Shown: positions 18,121 to 27,786, numbered from the stretch's first letter. The stretch is 42,308 nt of DNA from an uncultured bacterium (GCA_963978095.1 CAXBQP010000026.1:1-42308); one strand, 5' to 3'. Numbers and translations: made by a program. Notes: generated from the letters alone by a model not told the origin.

Positions 18121-18891
18121 TCACGCCATCGGCTTGCGGTCGTCCAGCGGAACGAAGTTCGACAAGAACAACTTCTCCTGCGGCGTGAGGCTGCCGATCC
18201 CGGTGGCGCTGATCTTGTCGAGGATCCGATTCACTTCGTCGCGGTTCAGCTCGTGCACGCGCGTGAGGTCGACGCGATTCCACCCGGCAAGCTGTTGCGC
18301 GGAGACCTTGGGGCTCGTCGCCGCAGCGCGGAACTTCCGGTCGCCGCGCGACAGATCCGCCCATCCGAGGAACAGGAATGCGCCCAGCAGCCCTCCCAAG
18401 TGCGCGAAGTCGGCGACGCCGCCGCGCGACCCGTTCATCCCGCTGTACACCGAGGACACGATGTAGAACACGACGAGCCAGCGCACTTCCACGGGGAGTA
18501 TCCCCCAGACCAGCACTTTGTCGCGTGGCCAGAACCGTGCGTACGCGAAGGTGACGCCGAGGATGGCGCCCGAGGCGCCGATGATGGGCGACTGCCATGC
18601 GAAGAGCATCGACACGAGCGCGCCGAAGATCCCGCTCACGAAGTACAACTGGACGAAACGGGTGCTCCCGATCCGGGCCTCCACGCGCGGCCCGAAGAAA
18701 TAGAGCCCCAGCATGTTGAAGAGGATATGCGAGGTGCCACCGTGCAGGAACATGTACGTCACGATCGTCCACGGCTCGCGGATGGCGAACGCGGGGATGA
18801 ACGCGAGCTGATCCGTGAGCGCCGGCATCGTGAGTTGCACGAAGTAGGCGCCGATGTTGGCGAACAGGAGGCGGAGGACCCAGGGCGTCAT
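18121..18891 (-). CDS. Rhomboid intramembrane serine protease with a C-terminal helical tail
   Basis: TYMFLH..HILFNM, GASG nucleophile, AHLGG; tail EVNRILDKISATGIGSLT. Start reassigned to ATG 18891. Confidence 0.9.
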   Translation of the reverse strand: MTPWVLRLLFANIGAYFVQLTMPALTDQLAFIPAFAIREPWTIVTYMFLHGGTSHILFNMLGLYFFGPRVEARIGSTRFVQLYFVSGIFGALVSMLFAWQSPIIGASGAILGVTFAYARFWPRDKVLVWGILPVEVRWLVVFYIVSSVYSGMNGSRGGVADFAHLGGLLGAFLFLGWADLSRGDRKFRAAATSPKVSAQQLAGWNRVDLTRVHELNRDEVNRILDKISATGIGSLTPQEKLFLSNFVPLDDRKPMA

Positions 18892-18946
18892 GACCTGAAA
18901 CCTAACCCGCGGAGCGCCGACGTTCCCGCAGCGGCCTCCGGCGACG

Positions 18947-21067
18947 CTACGGCACCACCCGCGCCGCCACCCACCGCGGAATCCCCATCTCCTCGCTCGT
19001 CGGCAATTTCTTGGTCCGATTGTACTGGTTCCGCGCCGCCACGAGCTTGTCGAACCGCTGGATCCACAGCTGCGCTCCCAAGTCATACCGGTTCGTCACA
19101 TTCCCCAGCCAGTACGGCCGGTTCTCGGCGCGCCACGACCGCTCGTACAGCTCCTTCGTCAACACGTAGCCGTCGCGCAGATCCTGCATGCGGGAGTTGA
19201 TCGTGCTCGCGATCTCGCCGAGATCGTGGCCGGGATCGCCGCCGACCGCCACGGTGTCCTGCGCGTGCGTGTACAGCTTGGCGATCTCATCGGCGAGCTG
19301 GAACTTCATGCCGATGAAATCGAGCCGCCGCGCGCCGAGCTCCATGGCGTCGAGGGCATCGGTGTTGCGCAGGGCGCCCGTTTCGCGCGCCTCCGCGATC
19401 AGCACCAAGGCGCTCTCCGCCGCGATCCGCAGTTGCCGGCTGTAGGGACGCAACTGGGCCGCGCGCAACTGGCCGTCCACCGAGAAGGGATCCACCCAGA
19501 ACATCGCGTCGTTCCCCTCACCCGCCTTCGCCGCGCCGATCGCGAGATGCGCCGCCGTGAGCTTGCGCTGCGCTTCGTTCAGCTTGCCGGTGGCATCACC
19601 ATGGAACTGCACGCCATAGCTCGCCGCGAACTCGGGGATCGAGGCCTCCCCCTTTTGCCACGCGGCCGCCGCCCCGAAGAGGATCCCGTACCACGTCTGG
19701 TTGAAGATCGATTCGCCGTCGTCGTCCCACGTGGTGTTCAGCATCCCGGTGGCACCCATCTGCTGTCCCTCACGCACGAACCCCTGGATGTTCCGGAGCG
19801 CGATGTCGTTGTTCGGGTACACGCGGTTCCAACTCGCAACGCCCGGCGCGACCCACACGTCCATGCCCGCGTCGAGGTACGGCTTGAGCTTCGGCCCGAA
19901 GTTCTTGTAACTCCAATAGTCCCACCCCACCGCGATCATCGAGTGCGGGAGTGACTTCACCAGATCCGGGTGCCGCTCGGCGATATCGCCCCAGAAGAGC
20001 AGCTTCTTCTCTGCGGGACGCAGCGCGAGCTCCACCTGCTTCAGGAAATCCAGATACACCGAACCGATCCCCTGCGCCTTCACCGCATCACGCGTGCGCC
20101 CCATCCCGAGCTCGAAGGTCTCATCGGCGCCGATATGCACGAACTTCGACGGGAAGATGCTGGTGATCTCCTCGAACCAGCTCTTGATGAGGGGCACCGA
20201 CTGCGGGTCCCCCGGTGCGAGTACGTGCCCGTGGTCGTTCTCGGCGAGCGCGGAATAGAGATCGTACTTGAGCACGTGATGCAGGTGCCCGAATGCCTCC
20301 TGCTCCGGGATCACGTCGATATGGTACTGCGCCGCGTACGCCACGAGTTCCTTGACGTCGGCCTGCGAGATCGTCCCGCCCGGTGGCCCGATCAACGGAT
20401 TCTTCTTGTACTCCAGCGTATGCTCGTAATACGGCGAGTACACGTTCATCTTGTACGCCGCGAAGGTCCGGATCTGCTTCTTCTGGAACTCGAGGGTCGG
20501 GATCGGCCCGCGCGAGAGGTCGTCCTGGATGCCGCGGTACTTCATCGCGGGCCAATCACGGATCACCGTCGCATACACCGTCGGCTGTCGGCTCGTCCCC
20601 TGCAGCAGCTGCTTGACCGTCTGCACGCCGTAGAAGACCCCGGCCGACGTTGCGGCGACGACATCGGCGCTCGTGGCCGACGTGACGACGACGTATCCCT
20701 CGGGCGACGCGGCCTCACTCAACGTCTGGTTGTGCCTGGCGAGCAACGCCTTGCCGCTCTCACTCGACGCCCGATGCAGACGGACGACGAATCCGCCCTC
20801 GGCGCCGGTGGTGACTTTGAACCCGCGTTCGCGGAGTGACTCGCCGAGGTCCTTGGCCGCGAATCGATCGTCGGCGTTCGAGGCTGACGCGATCGCGATG
20901 GTGCCGCCCAGTGGCACGAACTTCCCTCCGCCGATCTCGCGCGGCCGGGGAATGAGGTGCGGATCGTCCGCTTGGGCGGCCGCGGTCCCGGCAACAGCGC
21001 TGGTGAGAAGCACGAGCGCCAGCGTGCGGGACGTCACGCGCGCGGCGATAGAGCGGCAGGTGGTCAT
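18947..21067 (-). CDS. GH20 beta-N-acetylhexosaminidase, secreted
   Basis: DWPAMKYRG..DD.SRG, VIPE..FGH, catalytic HIGADE; signal peptide. Confidence 0.88.
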   Translation of the reverse strand: MTTCRSIAARVTSRTLALVLLTSAVAGTAAAQADDPHLIPRPREIGGGKFVPLGGTIAIASASNADDRFAAKDLGESLRERGFKVTTGAEGGFVVRLHRASSESGKALLARHNQTLSEAASPEGYVVVTSATSADVVAATSAGVFYGVQTVKQLLQGTSRQPTVYATVIRDWPAMKYRGIQDDLSRGPIPTLEFQKKQIRTFAAYKMNVYSPYYEHTLEYKKNPLIGPPGGTISQADVKELVAYAAQYHIDVIPEQEAFGHLHHVLKYDLYSALAENDHGHVLAPGDPQSVPLIKSWFEEITSIFPSKFVHIGADETFELGMGRTRDAVKAQGIGSVYLDFLKQVELALRPAEKKLLFWGDIAERHPDLVKSLPHSMIAVGWDYWSYKNFGPKLKPYLDAGMDVWVAPGVASWNRVYPNNDIALRNIQGFVREGQQMGATGMLNTTWDDDGESIFNQTWYGILFGAAAAWQKGEASIPEFAASYGVQFHGDATGKLNEAQRKLTAAHLAIGAAKAGEGNDAMFWVDPFSVDGQLRAAQLRPYSRQLRIAAESALVLIAEARETGALRNTDALDAMELGARRLDFIGMKFQLADEIAKLYTHAQDTVAVGGDPGHDLGEIASTINSRMQDLRDGYVLTKELYERSWRAENRPYWLGNVTNRYDLGAQLWIQRFDKLVAARNQYNRTKKLPTSEEMGIPRWVAARVVP

Positions 21068-21109
21068 CGACAGTGGGGTGAGCGGATACCGTCGAAGATG
21101 GCAGACTGC

Positions 21110-21742
21110 CTACCGCACGCCAAGCCCTGCCTTGGCATTCACATTGTCGGGCGACACGGCCAGTACCCCGTCGAAGATCGCCTTGGCCTCCGCACTCTTG
21201 CCGAGCTTGAGCAACGCCCAGCCCAGTCCGGTGCGGTAGTCCATCTCCGAGGGATAATCCTCGGTCAGTCGGCGATATGTGGCTTCGGCACCACTGAAGT
21301 TTCCGGCGCTGTATTGCGCCAGCCCCAGTCGGGCGAGCGCCGTCGCATTGCGCCCATCCACGGCGAGCACTGCGCTGCACGCGCGTTCGAGCTCACGCCA
21401 GTTGCGCTGGGCCAGCAGGGGCAGTGTCAGTCCGAGCTTGGCCTCGATCGCCTTGGGATCCGTGGCGACGGCTTCCGAATAGCTGGCGATCGACGCCTTG
21501 AAATCACCCTGCAGATATTCGAGCCACCCGATCCGGATCGCCGAGAAGTAGGCGTTGCCTCCGGCCGCACGCGCATCGCGCGCCTTGGTCAGCGCACCGG
21601 TGTAGTCCCGCTTGGCTTCGAGGACGTACGACTCGCGGTAGAGTCCCGCCGCGCGCGCCTCCTGGGCACGGAGCATGCCACCGGGCATGATGACGGACAG
21701 GACGATCAGGACACGAACGGCACGGCGGATCACGGCATGCAT
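21110..21742 (-). CDS. Secreted tetratricopeptide-repeat protein
   Basis: Probable start ATG 21742, signal peptide ending LRA-Q, about 4-5 TPRs (RIGWLEYLQGDF, RLGLAQYSAGNF, GLGWALLKLGK). Confidence 0.8.
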   Translation of the reverse strand: MHAVIRRAVRVLIVLSVIMPGGMLRAQEARAAGLYRESYVLEAKRDYTGALTKARDARAAGGNAYFSAIRIGWLEYLQGDFKASIASYSEAVATDPKAIEAKLGLTLPLLAQRNWRELERACSAVLAVDGRNATALARLGLAQYSAGNFSGAEATYRRLTEDYPSEMDYRTGLGWALLKLGKSAEAKAIFDGVLAVSPDNVNAKAGLGVR

Positions 21743-21779
21743 CGGCGGGAACTCCGGAGGAAGATGAACGAGATGGGGG

Positions 21780-23000
21780 TCAGCGTGGTGCGATCCGGAC
21801 GCCGAGTCCGATGCTCTGGAAGGAGCCGTTGGCGGCGGTCTGTTCGAGTTGCAGCTGACCGTACGCGGTGATGGCGCGCGTGGCTTGCCAGCTCGCGGTG
21901 CCGGTGACCCCCCCCGTGGTCCGGTCGAGGAAGGACAGGATCGTCGGCCCGGCGGCACTGAAGGCCCACTGCTCCTTGCCGAAATGACCGGCGAGATCCA
22001 CCGTCAACCGGTCGTTGCGCAGTGTCACCGACGCCATCGGGCTCACGGCCGAGAAGGCCGAATCCGAGGTGATACGCATGCCCCCGCTGATGGAAACATT
22101 CGGCGACAGCCAGGCGAACACGGACGGCGCCACCTGCAGGTTGTTCGCACCCGTGCGCGCGATCATCGACACGGTCGCGGCGACGCCGATCGAGCCACCG
22201 ATGCGCGTGCTGAGCGCGGCGCCCGAGTTCGAGCGTCCGGCGCCGCTGAACGCGAAGCCGATCAACTCGGTCGTGGAGATGCCGATGTCGCGCGCGATGG
22301 CGCCGTACACTTCGCTTTGGGCGTCAAAGGCGCCGGTCTTGCCGACGAAGGTCGGGGAGGTCACGGTCCGGACCGCGACGCGGACCGCCGACGCATGGTC
22401 GAGTCGGATCGGCAGCTGCGCATAGTAGACCTGCGCCTTGGACGACGCGCTCGTCGCGCTGATGAACGCGGCCCATGCCTCGACACTCACGCCAGGCGGC
22501 CCTCCGAGGAGTGAGATCCCCTTGAGCGCGTCCTCGTTGGAGGCGTCGAACGACAGCGCTTCGGTCCACGCCGTCCGCGCCTCGCCAAGGGCGCCCCGAT
22601 CGAGCAGGTTGTATCCCAATGTCGTGAGCGCGAGCCCCAGCCCCGTCGTGGCCTCGAGGAGACTGCCCGGCAGCGTGCGGGCGCGCCGGTACAGCTGCAC
22701 CGCATCGGCCCCATGGCCCTGCCGCAAGGTGAGCCACGCCATGCGCACCGCCACATCGTACGTCGCCGGCGCCGCGCCGAAGGCCTCGATGAGTATCTGT
22801 TTGGCCGCCGTGAAGTCACCGCGCGCCTCCAGGGCGAGCGACTGATCCCATGCCGTACCGGTGGCGGCTTGCGGCAGTCGCACCGGAGGTCCGTCCTGCG
22901 CCGCCAGACGCGGGACGCCACCGGCGAGCAGCAGGGTCGTCAGGGCGCAGCGCGTGAGCACACGAGCGGTGCGAGCGGTGCGAGCGGAGTGCGGCATCAT
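21780..23000 (-). CDS. Exported protein with N-terminal TPRs and a putative C-terminal beta-barrel
   Basis: Start ATG 23000 overlaps the upstream TGA (ATGA); signal peptide; TPR helices, then amphipathic beta-strand pattern ending SIGLGVRIAPR. Confidence 0.7.
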   Translation of the reverse strand: MMPHSARTARTARVLTRCALTTLLLAGGVPRLAAQDGPPVRLPQAATGTAWDQSLALEARGDFTAAKQILIEAFGAAPATYDVAVRMAWLTLRQGHGADAVQLYRRARTLPGSLLEATTGLGLALTTLGYNLLDRGALGEARTAWTEALSFDASNEDALKGISLLGGPPGVSVEAWAAFISATSASSKAQVYYAQLPIRLDHASAVRVAVRTVTSPTFVGKTGAFDAQSEVYGAIARDIGISTTELIGFAFSGAGRSNSGAALSTRIGGSIGVAATVSMIARTGANNLQVAPSVFAWLSPNVSISGGMRITSDSAFSAVSPMASVTLRNDRLTVDLAGHFGKEQWAFSAAGPTILSFLDRTTGGVTGTASWQATRAITAYGQLQLEQTAANGSFQSIGLGVRIAPR

Positions 23001-25096
23001 GAGACCTCGGCCTGTGGATCGTTGTCCTGCGGGGCAATCAGTACCACCCGCTCCGTGGAACCACGGGTGACACTCACACGGTGTGCGTGTCCGGACAGGG
23101 ACACCAGTGCGGACGTGCGGAAGGATGCGCTCCGCCCCGCAATGGCCAGTGCCCCCTCGCTGCGCCGCGACGCGTACTGCACGTCCCAGTCGTTGAGACC
23201 CGGCGCGACCACGGTGAGCAAGTCGAGGAACGCCCACGGCCACGCGAAGAGCAGTCGACGCGGGACACGGTCGGTCCACTCGATCGTCCCCTCCTGGTCG
23301 AACGGGACCCGCGCCATGGCCAACAGCAGGTAGCGCAACAGCGAGTCCTGCGCCCCGTCGAAGGCGACGATCACGAGCGCATTCTCGTACGATTCCAGAT
23401 ACAACGCACCGCGCGCCGAGCGCAACGCGCGGCGACCCCACAGATCGACGTCGACGCGGGCGGGTTCCTGCCGGTCCGTCGCGGGATCGGTGAGCAGCCA
23501 TCGCGAGCCCGGTGGGAACGCGAGCGCACCCGCCAGCGCTTCGTCACGCATGATCGGCCGCACGCGGGCCCCGATCGCCGGGATCACGCGATGCGAGATG
23601 GTGACGGTCCGATCGGTGCGGCTCACGACGTCCCCGAAATCCGCCGCGAGCGTCTCGCTGCCGAGCGTCGGACCGCGCTGGACGTGGAAATGCAGATGCG
23701 GCACCAGCGAGCGCCCGCTGTTGCCACAGCGTCCCAACTCGGCGCCGGCGCGAATCGGATCGCCGACTTTGACGTTGATGCTCCCCGGCTTGAGATGCGA
23801 ATACACCGAGTACAGGTCGGAACCGTGCGCGATCACCACGGTGTTCCCCCAGTTCTCCCGCGCATTCATGCCGCCGATGGGATTGTCCGGCACCCCATCA
23901 CGGACGGATTCGACCGTTCCGGTTCCTGCGGCGAGCACGGGCAGATTGTAGCACCGGAAGTCGCGGGGTTCGCGCCCCTCGCCTTCCCAGGCGCGGCCAT
24001 CACTGCCGAGAATCTCGAAGTCGAACGCATGGCGCCACGGTCCCTGATGCGTGTGGGCACCGTCGTGCCCCTGTGTCACGGTCCAGGTGCCCCGGAACGG
24101 GAGCCGGAAGGGGAGCCACGCGAACTCGCCGAATCGCCGGACCCGCATCAGGTGACGCTCGAGGGCGTCCTCGGGGCTCGTGGCCGTGCGCAGCGCGGTG
24201 CTGGGATTCCGGTCGCGCTCCCGCATGCGCAACGCCGTGACCACCAGCAGCGACGTCACCGCGAACGGGAGCGAGAGCAATGGCAATGAGAGCACACCAC
24301 TGAGCGGCATCAAGGCGTACGTCACCACACTCGCGAGTGCACCACCGAGCACGGCGAGGAGGATCGAGGCGGGATGCGGGACGAAGTAGACCCCCCCCAC
24401 CGCCATCGCGGTGAGCATCGCATTGAACGCCGCGGTGAGATCCGTGGGGCCGAGATCGACCCCACTCCGCAAACCGGCATGCGCGAGCGCTGCACCGAGG
24501 ATCCCGGCGACCGCCAACAACAGCGCGATCCGGCTGTGCCACGCGATCGCCGCCACCACCAGCAGGCCGGCGATCGTTCCGTGCAGGTACAGCACGGCGG
24601 CGGGAATGTCGAGCCAGCTCGTGTCGAACCATGCGACCGGGATGGCCGCGAGATGGTCCGGTGTCGCGCCGTCGGCATGCGGGGTGAGGCGGGCGGTGAG
24701 TTGCACGACCCACGTGGCGGCCACGAAGGGCAGCGACAGCGCGGGCAGTGCCTGCCGGGCGAGCAGGTGGGTCAGCGCAGCCCCGAACAGCACCGCCAGC
24801 GTCGCTCCGGCGATCACGAGGGCCCAGGAGCTCCCGTCGGGCCCGGTGATCGCGGCGAGTGCGGTCAGCACGGCGGCGCAGGCGTATGATCCGTCGCGCA
24901 CGGCCTCGCGGCCGAAGCCGAGGGCGAGCGTCACCCCGTGGGCCACGAGGACGGCGACCAACGCGGCAGCGGCGGCCCGTGGAAAGGTGCACAACGCGGC
25001 CAGCACGAATCCGCCCGTCACGAGATTCCGCGACAGCAGGACCTGCGCGAAGGGCCGCAACGCGCTGTCGAGGAGCGCCCGCACCGTCAGTCGCAT
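22997..25096 (-). CDS. Urea-transporter-family membrane domain fused to an M23 metallopeptidase and a C-terminal domain of unknown function
   Basis: Two UT-like repeats (FAQVLLSRNLVTG...LSLPFV; AAFNAMLTAMAVGG...LSLPFAVT), then H..AFDF, PVLAAGTGTV, GNTVVIAH, YSHL, GNSGRS..PHLHFH. Confidence 0.82.
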   Translation of the reverse strand: MRLTVRALLDSALRPFAQVLLSRNLVTGGFVLAALCTFPRAAAAALVAVLVAHGVTLALGFGREAVRDGSYACAAVLTALAAITGPDGSSWALVIAGATLAVLFGAALTHLLARQALPALSLPFVAATWVVQLTARLTPHADGATPDHLAAIPVAWFDTSWLDIPAAVLYLHGTIAGLLVVAAIAWHSRIALLLAVAGILGAALAHAGLRSGVDLGPTDLTAAFNAMLTAMAVGGVYFVPHPASILLAVLGGALASVVTYALMPLSGVLSLPLLSLPFAVTSLLVVTALRMRERDRNPSTALRTATSPEDALERHLMRVRRFGEFAWLPFRLPFRGTWTVTQGHDGAHTHQGPWRHAFDFEILGSDGRAWEGEGREPRDFRCYNLPVLAAGTGTVESVRDGVPDNPIGGMNARENWGNTVVIAHGSDLYSVYSHLKPGSINVKVGDPIRAGAELGRCGNSGRSLVPHLHFHVQRGPTLGSETLAADFGDVVSRTDRTVTISHRVIPAIGARVRPIMRDEALAGALAFPPGSRWLLTDPATDRQEPARVDVDLWGRRALRSARGALYLESYENALVIVAFDGAQDSLLRYLLLAMARVPFDQEGTIEWTDRVPRRLLFAWPWAFLDLLTVVAPGLNDWDVQYASRRSEGALAIAGRSASFRTSALVSLSGHAHRVSVTRGSTERVVLIAPQDNDPQAEVS

Positions 25097-25118
25097 CGCG
25101 CGCCGTGCCCCGCCGCCC

Positions 25119-26456
25119 TCAGAGCCACGACGGCATCTCCTCCTGCTGCACGAGCGTCTCCACCGTCTCGGCGCGGCGAATGACCGCGTGGTGGCCGTCG
25201 AGCCCGACCATCACGACGTTGGGACGCGCGGTGATGAACTGCATCCATTGGGTCACGTTGTAGGCGCCGATCCGCCCGACCACCACCCGGTCTCCCGCCT
25301 TCAACGGCGGAAAGAGGATCCGGTCGCGCACCACGTCGATGTTCATGCAGAGTGGGCCGACGAACACCGTCGGCTCCGCGGTGCCGTGGACATCCTGCGC
25401 CGGGAACACGTCGTGGCGATACCACCACGCGGTCGGCAGCAGGTTCACGCCCGCGTCGATGACCACCGCGCGACGACCATCGGTGAGCCGCTTGTTGCCC
25501 ACGACGCTCGCCACCAGGATCCCGGCGTCGTCGACGATCGCGCGCCCCGTCTCGAGGACGATCCGCGGCCACTCCGCACCGCCGTACGCTTCGTCGAGTC
25601 CGGCCGCGATCTTCTCGACGTACTGCGAGAAACTCGGAGTCGCCTGCTCGCCGGGGAGATACTGCGATTGCAACGTGTTCCGCGACGCGAAGCCGCCCCC
25701 CATGTCGATCGTGTCGATGGACACATGCGATTCGTCGCGCAGCCGCGCGGCGAGCATCGCGATGCCCTTGGCCGCCAACCGATACGCATCGGCCTCTTGA
25801 ACGAAAGTGCCGACGTGGATGTGCAACGTGGTGATCTCCAGCACGCCACGTCGCACGATGCGCCGAGCGGCCTCCAGCGCCGAGCCGTTCTCCAGATTGA
25901 AGCCGAAGCGGTCCCACGACTGAGTGGGCAACTCGGTCATGTTCACCCGGATCCCGACCGTCGGACGGATCCCCAAGCGCTCGGCGACCTTCTCCGCGAG
26001 CGCGACCTCGTCCAGATGGTCCATCTGCACATGGGCGCCCGTGGTGAACGCCATCTCCAACTCGGCCTCGGTCTTGGCGGGGCCGTTGAACAGGATCTGA
26101 TGGCCCGGCATGCCGAGCCGCAGCGCCATCTGCATCTCGAGACCGCTGACCACCTCCGCCCACGCCCCCTCTTGATGCAGCACGCGGCAGACGGCCCCGA
26201 GATAGTTCGTCTTGTAGCTCCAACCGATCGTGAAGCGCGGGATGCGCGTCGCCATCTGGTCGCGGAGCTCGCGCATCCGCTCCCGGAGCATCCGCTCCGA
26301 GAAGAGGATCAACGGCGAGCCGTAGGCGGCGACGAGGTCGGCGATCGGTACCCCTTCGAACTTGTCGTACACCCGGATGGTGGGGCGCGAACCGAACTTG
26401 CTGATGCTCCCCACCTGATGGCGGACGATCACGGGACGTTCGTAACGCGGCTTCAT
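25119..26456 (-). CDS. Fold-type III PLP decarboxylase (diaminopimelate-decarboxylase-like, substrate unknown)
   Basis: SYKTN (PLP Lys), EVVSGLE, NGPAK, HIHVGT, IDMGGGF, ETGRAIV, GPLCMNID, GAY. Start ATG 26456 overlaps the ATP-grasp TGA. Confidence 0.88.
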   Translation of the reverse strand: MKPRYERPVIVRHQVGSISKFGSRPTIRVYDKFEGVPIADLVAAYGSPLILFSERMLRERMRELRDQMATRIPRFTIGWSYKTNYLGAVCRVLHQEGAWAEVVSGLEMQMALRLGMPGHQILFNGPAKTEAELEMAFTTGAHVQMDHLDEVALAEKVAERLGIRPTVGIRVNMTELPTQSWDRFGFNLENGSALEAARRIVRRGVLEITTLHIHVGTFVQEADAYRLAAKGIAMLAARLRDESHVSIDTIDMGGGFASRNTLQSQYLPGEQATPSFSQYVEKIAAGLDEAYGGAEWPRIVLETGRAIVDDAGILVASVVGNKRLTDGRRAVVIDAGVNLLPTAWWYRHDVFPAQDVHGTAEPTVFVGPLCMNIDVVRDRILFPPLKAGDRVVVGRIGAYNVTQWMQFITARPNVVMVGLDGHHAVIRRAETVETLVQQEEMPSWL

Positions 26457-27538
26457 GCGGAGGGCGTGGCGAAGGGAAGGATGCCGAGCGCGGAGAGCTG
26501 GCCGAAGGTCGCCATGTCCGCGACCTGGTCGAGGGAGATCCGGACGAACATCTGTCCGGTCTTGTAGGCCGGCAGGGGGGCGGTCATGGGCGCGCCGAGC
26601 GCGAGTCGGGCGCACGCCGAGGGCAGGTTCTGGCCGGCGGCTGCGGTGAGATAGCACCAGGCGGGAAAGCGCGGGTTGATCTCGATCACGCGCAGCGCCT
26701 CTGCGGTCATCTCGCCCTTGGCCGCGATGATCTCCACTTCGAGCGGGCCGCGCCAGTTGAGCGCACGGATGAGGGCCGCGGCCAGTGTGAGCAGCGCCGG
26801 ACTCCCGACGGTGACCCCTGACCAGCCTTTGCCTTTGTCCGTGAGCGCGAGTTTGCGCATCGCGACCGCTCCGATCATCGCGCCCGTGCCGTCGCCCAAC
26901 GCGCACACGTTGTACTCGTCGCCGTCGACGTGCTCCTGGACGATGACGGGGAGTCCCCAGGTGGCTTCGTAGTAGCGGAACGAGGCGAGCGCATCGGCCT
27001 CGGTGTGACAGACGTATGCCCCGTAGTAGACCCCTTTCACCACGACGGGCAGCCCGAACTTCTTGATGAGCTTCCCGAGGCTGTCCGCGCTCATCAGCGG
27101 CTCCGAGTCCGGGATGTGCACGCCAGGCGCGGTGCCAAGCTTGGGGAGCTGCGGTTTGGAGCTGCGATCGATCGCGTCGACCGTCGGGAGAAAAGTGTGC
27201 ACGCCGAGGGCGAGCAGCTCGTCGCGGAGCAACGCGACCGCACGAATCTCGGAGTCCAGCGTCGGGATGAACACCGTGATGCCGAACTGTGCCACGAGCT
27301 CGCGCATGCGGTGCAGGAGCGCGTCACGACCGGCCGACGGGAGGGGAAGGATCGCGCCCCCGTCGAGCAGTCCGCTGGCGTAGAATCCCGGATCGAGTGG
27401 GTCGTAGCCCAGTCCGATGATGCGTCCGTGGAAGTTCGGGTCGAGTCGGAGCGCACGCGCGACCGGCACCCCGGGCGCGGGGTTGTCGGTGGCATTCATT
27501 CCCGTGACCGCGATGGTCGCGGCGAGCGGCGTGTTCAC
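26453..27538 (-). CDS. ATP-grasp carboxylate-amine ligase
   Basis: IPTLDSE, LPVVVKG, IVQEHVDGDEY, GPLEVE, IEINPRFP motifs; GTG start overlaps the PqqD TGA. Confidence 0.88.
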   Translation of the reverse strand: MNTPLAATIAVTGMNATDNPAPGVPVARALRLDPNFHGRIIGLGYDPLDPGFYASGLLDGGAILPLPSAGRDALLHRMRELVAQFGITVFIPTLDSEIRAVALLRDELLALGVHTFLPTVDAIDRSSKPQLPKLGTAPGVHIPDSEPLMSADSLGKLIKKFGLPVVVKGVYYGAYVCHTEADALASFRYYEATWGLPVIVQEHVDGDEYNVCALGDGTGAMIGAVAMRKLALTDKGKGWSGVTVGSPALLTLAAALIRALNWRGPLEVEIIAAKGEMTAEALRVIEINPRFPAWCYLTAAAGQNLPSACARLALGAPMTAPLPAYKTGQMFVRISLDQVADMATFGQLSALGILPFATPSA

Positions 27539-27786
27539 TTCACCAGCCCATGTTCGCGAAGTCGCCCGACCAGCTCGTAGACATCGCGCGCGATGTCGTC
27601 CTCCGGCTCGGTGTCGAATTGGTCGTGCAGGGCGGCGATGACGGCCTCGGGCGTTGCCCCTTCCTTCAAGGCGCGCAATGCCGCGAGCGCCGTGGCATTG
27701 ACGTTGTACGTGTGGCCCGTCAGCGGGTCGAAGACAAAGCCGGCGTCGGAAATCGCCAGTTCACGCAGACGTTCGGTGTTCGACAT
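27535..27786 (-). CDS. Stand-alone PqqD-family / RiPP recognition element (RRE) protein
   Basis: 83 aa: beta strands (LAISDAGFVFDPLTGHTYNVN), then helices (ATALAALRAL; PEAVIAALHDQF; IARDVYELVGRLREHGLV). Alternative start ATG 27825. Confidence 0.82.
   Translation of the reverse strand: MSNTERLRELAISDAGFVFDPLTGHTYNVNATALAALRALKEGATPEAVIAALHDQFDTEPEDDIARDVYELVGRLREHGLVK

Noticed and set aside
22963..22988. 9-bp tandem repeat encoding ARTARTAR
   Set aside because: Lies in a signal-peptide n-region and preserves frame; no sign of phase variation.
25119..26456. Naming the decarboxylase lysA
   Set aside because: Substrate-site motifs differ from LysA (CMNID rather than CESGD; ETGR rather than EPGR) and the gene context is not lysine biosynthesis.
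24411..26567. 718-aa plus-strand ORF across the operon
   Set aside because: Antisense to two well-supported genes; no motifs.
26457..26906. ORF-track N-terminal extension of the decarboxylase (similar extensions at 21743-21958, 23001-23501, 18892-19086)
   Set aside because: They overlap upstream genes; downstream ATGs with stop/start coupling or signal peptides fit better.
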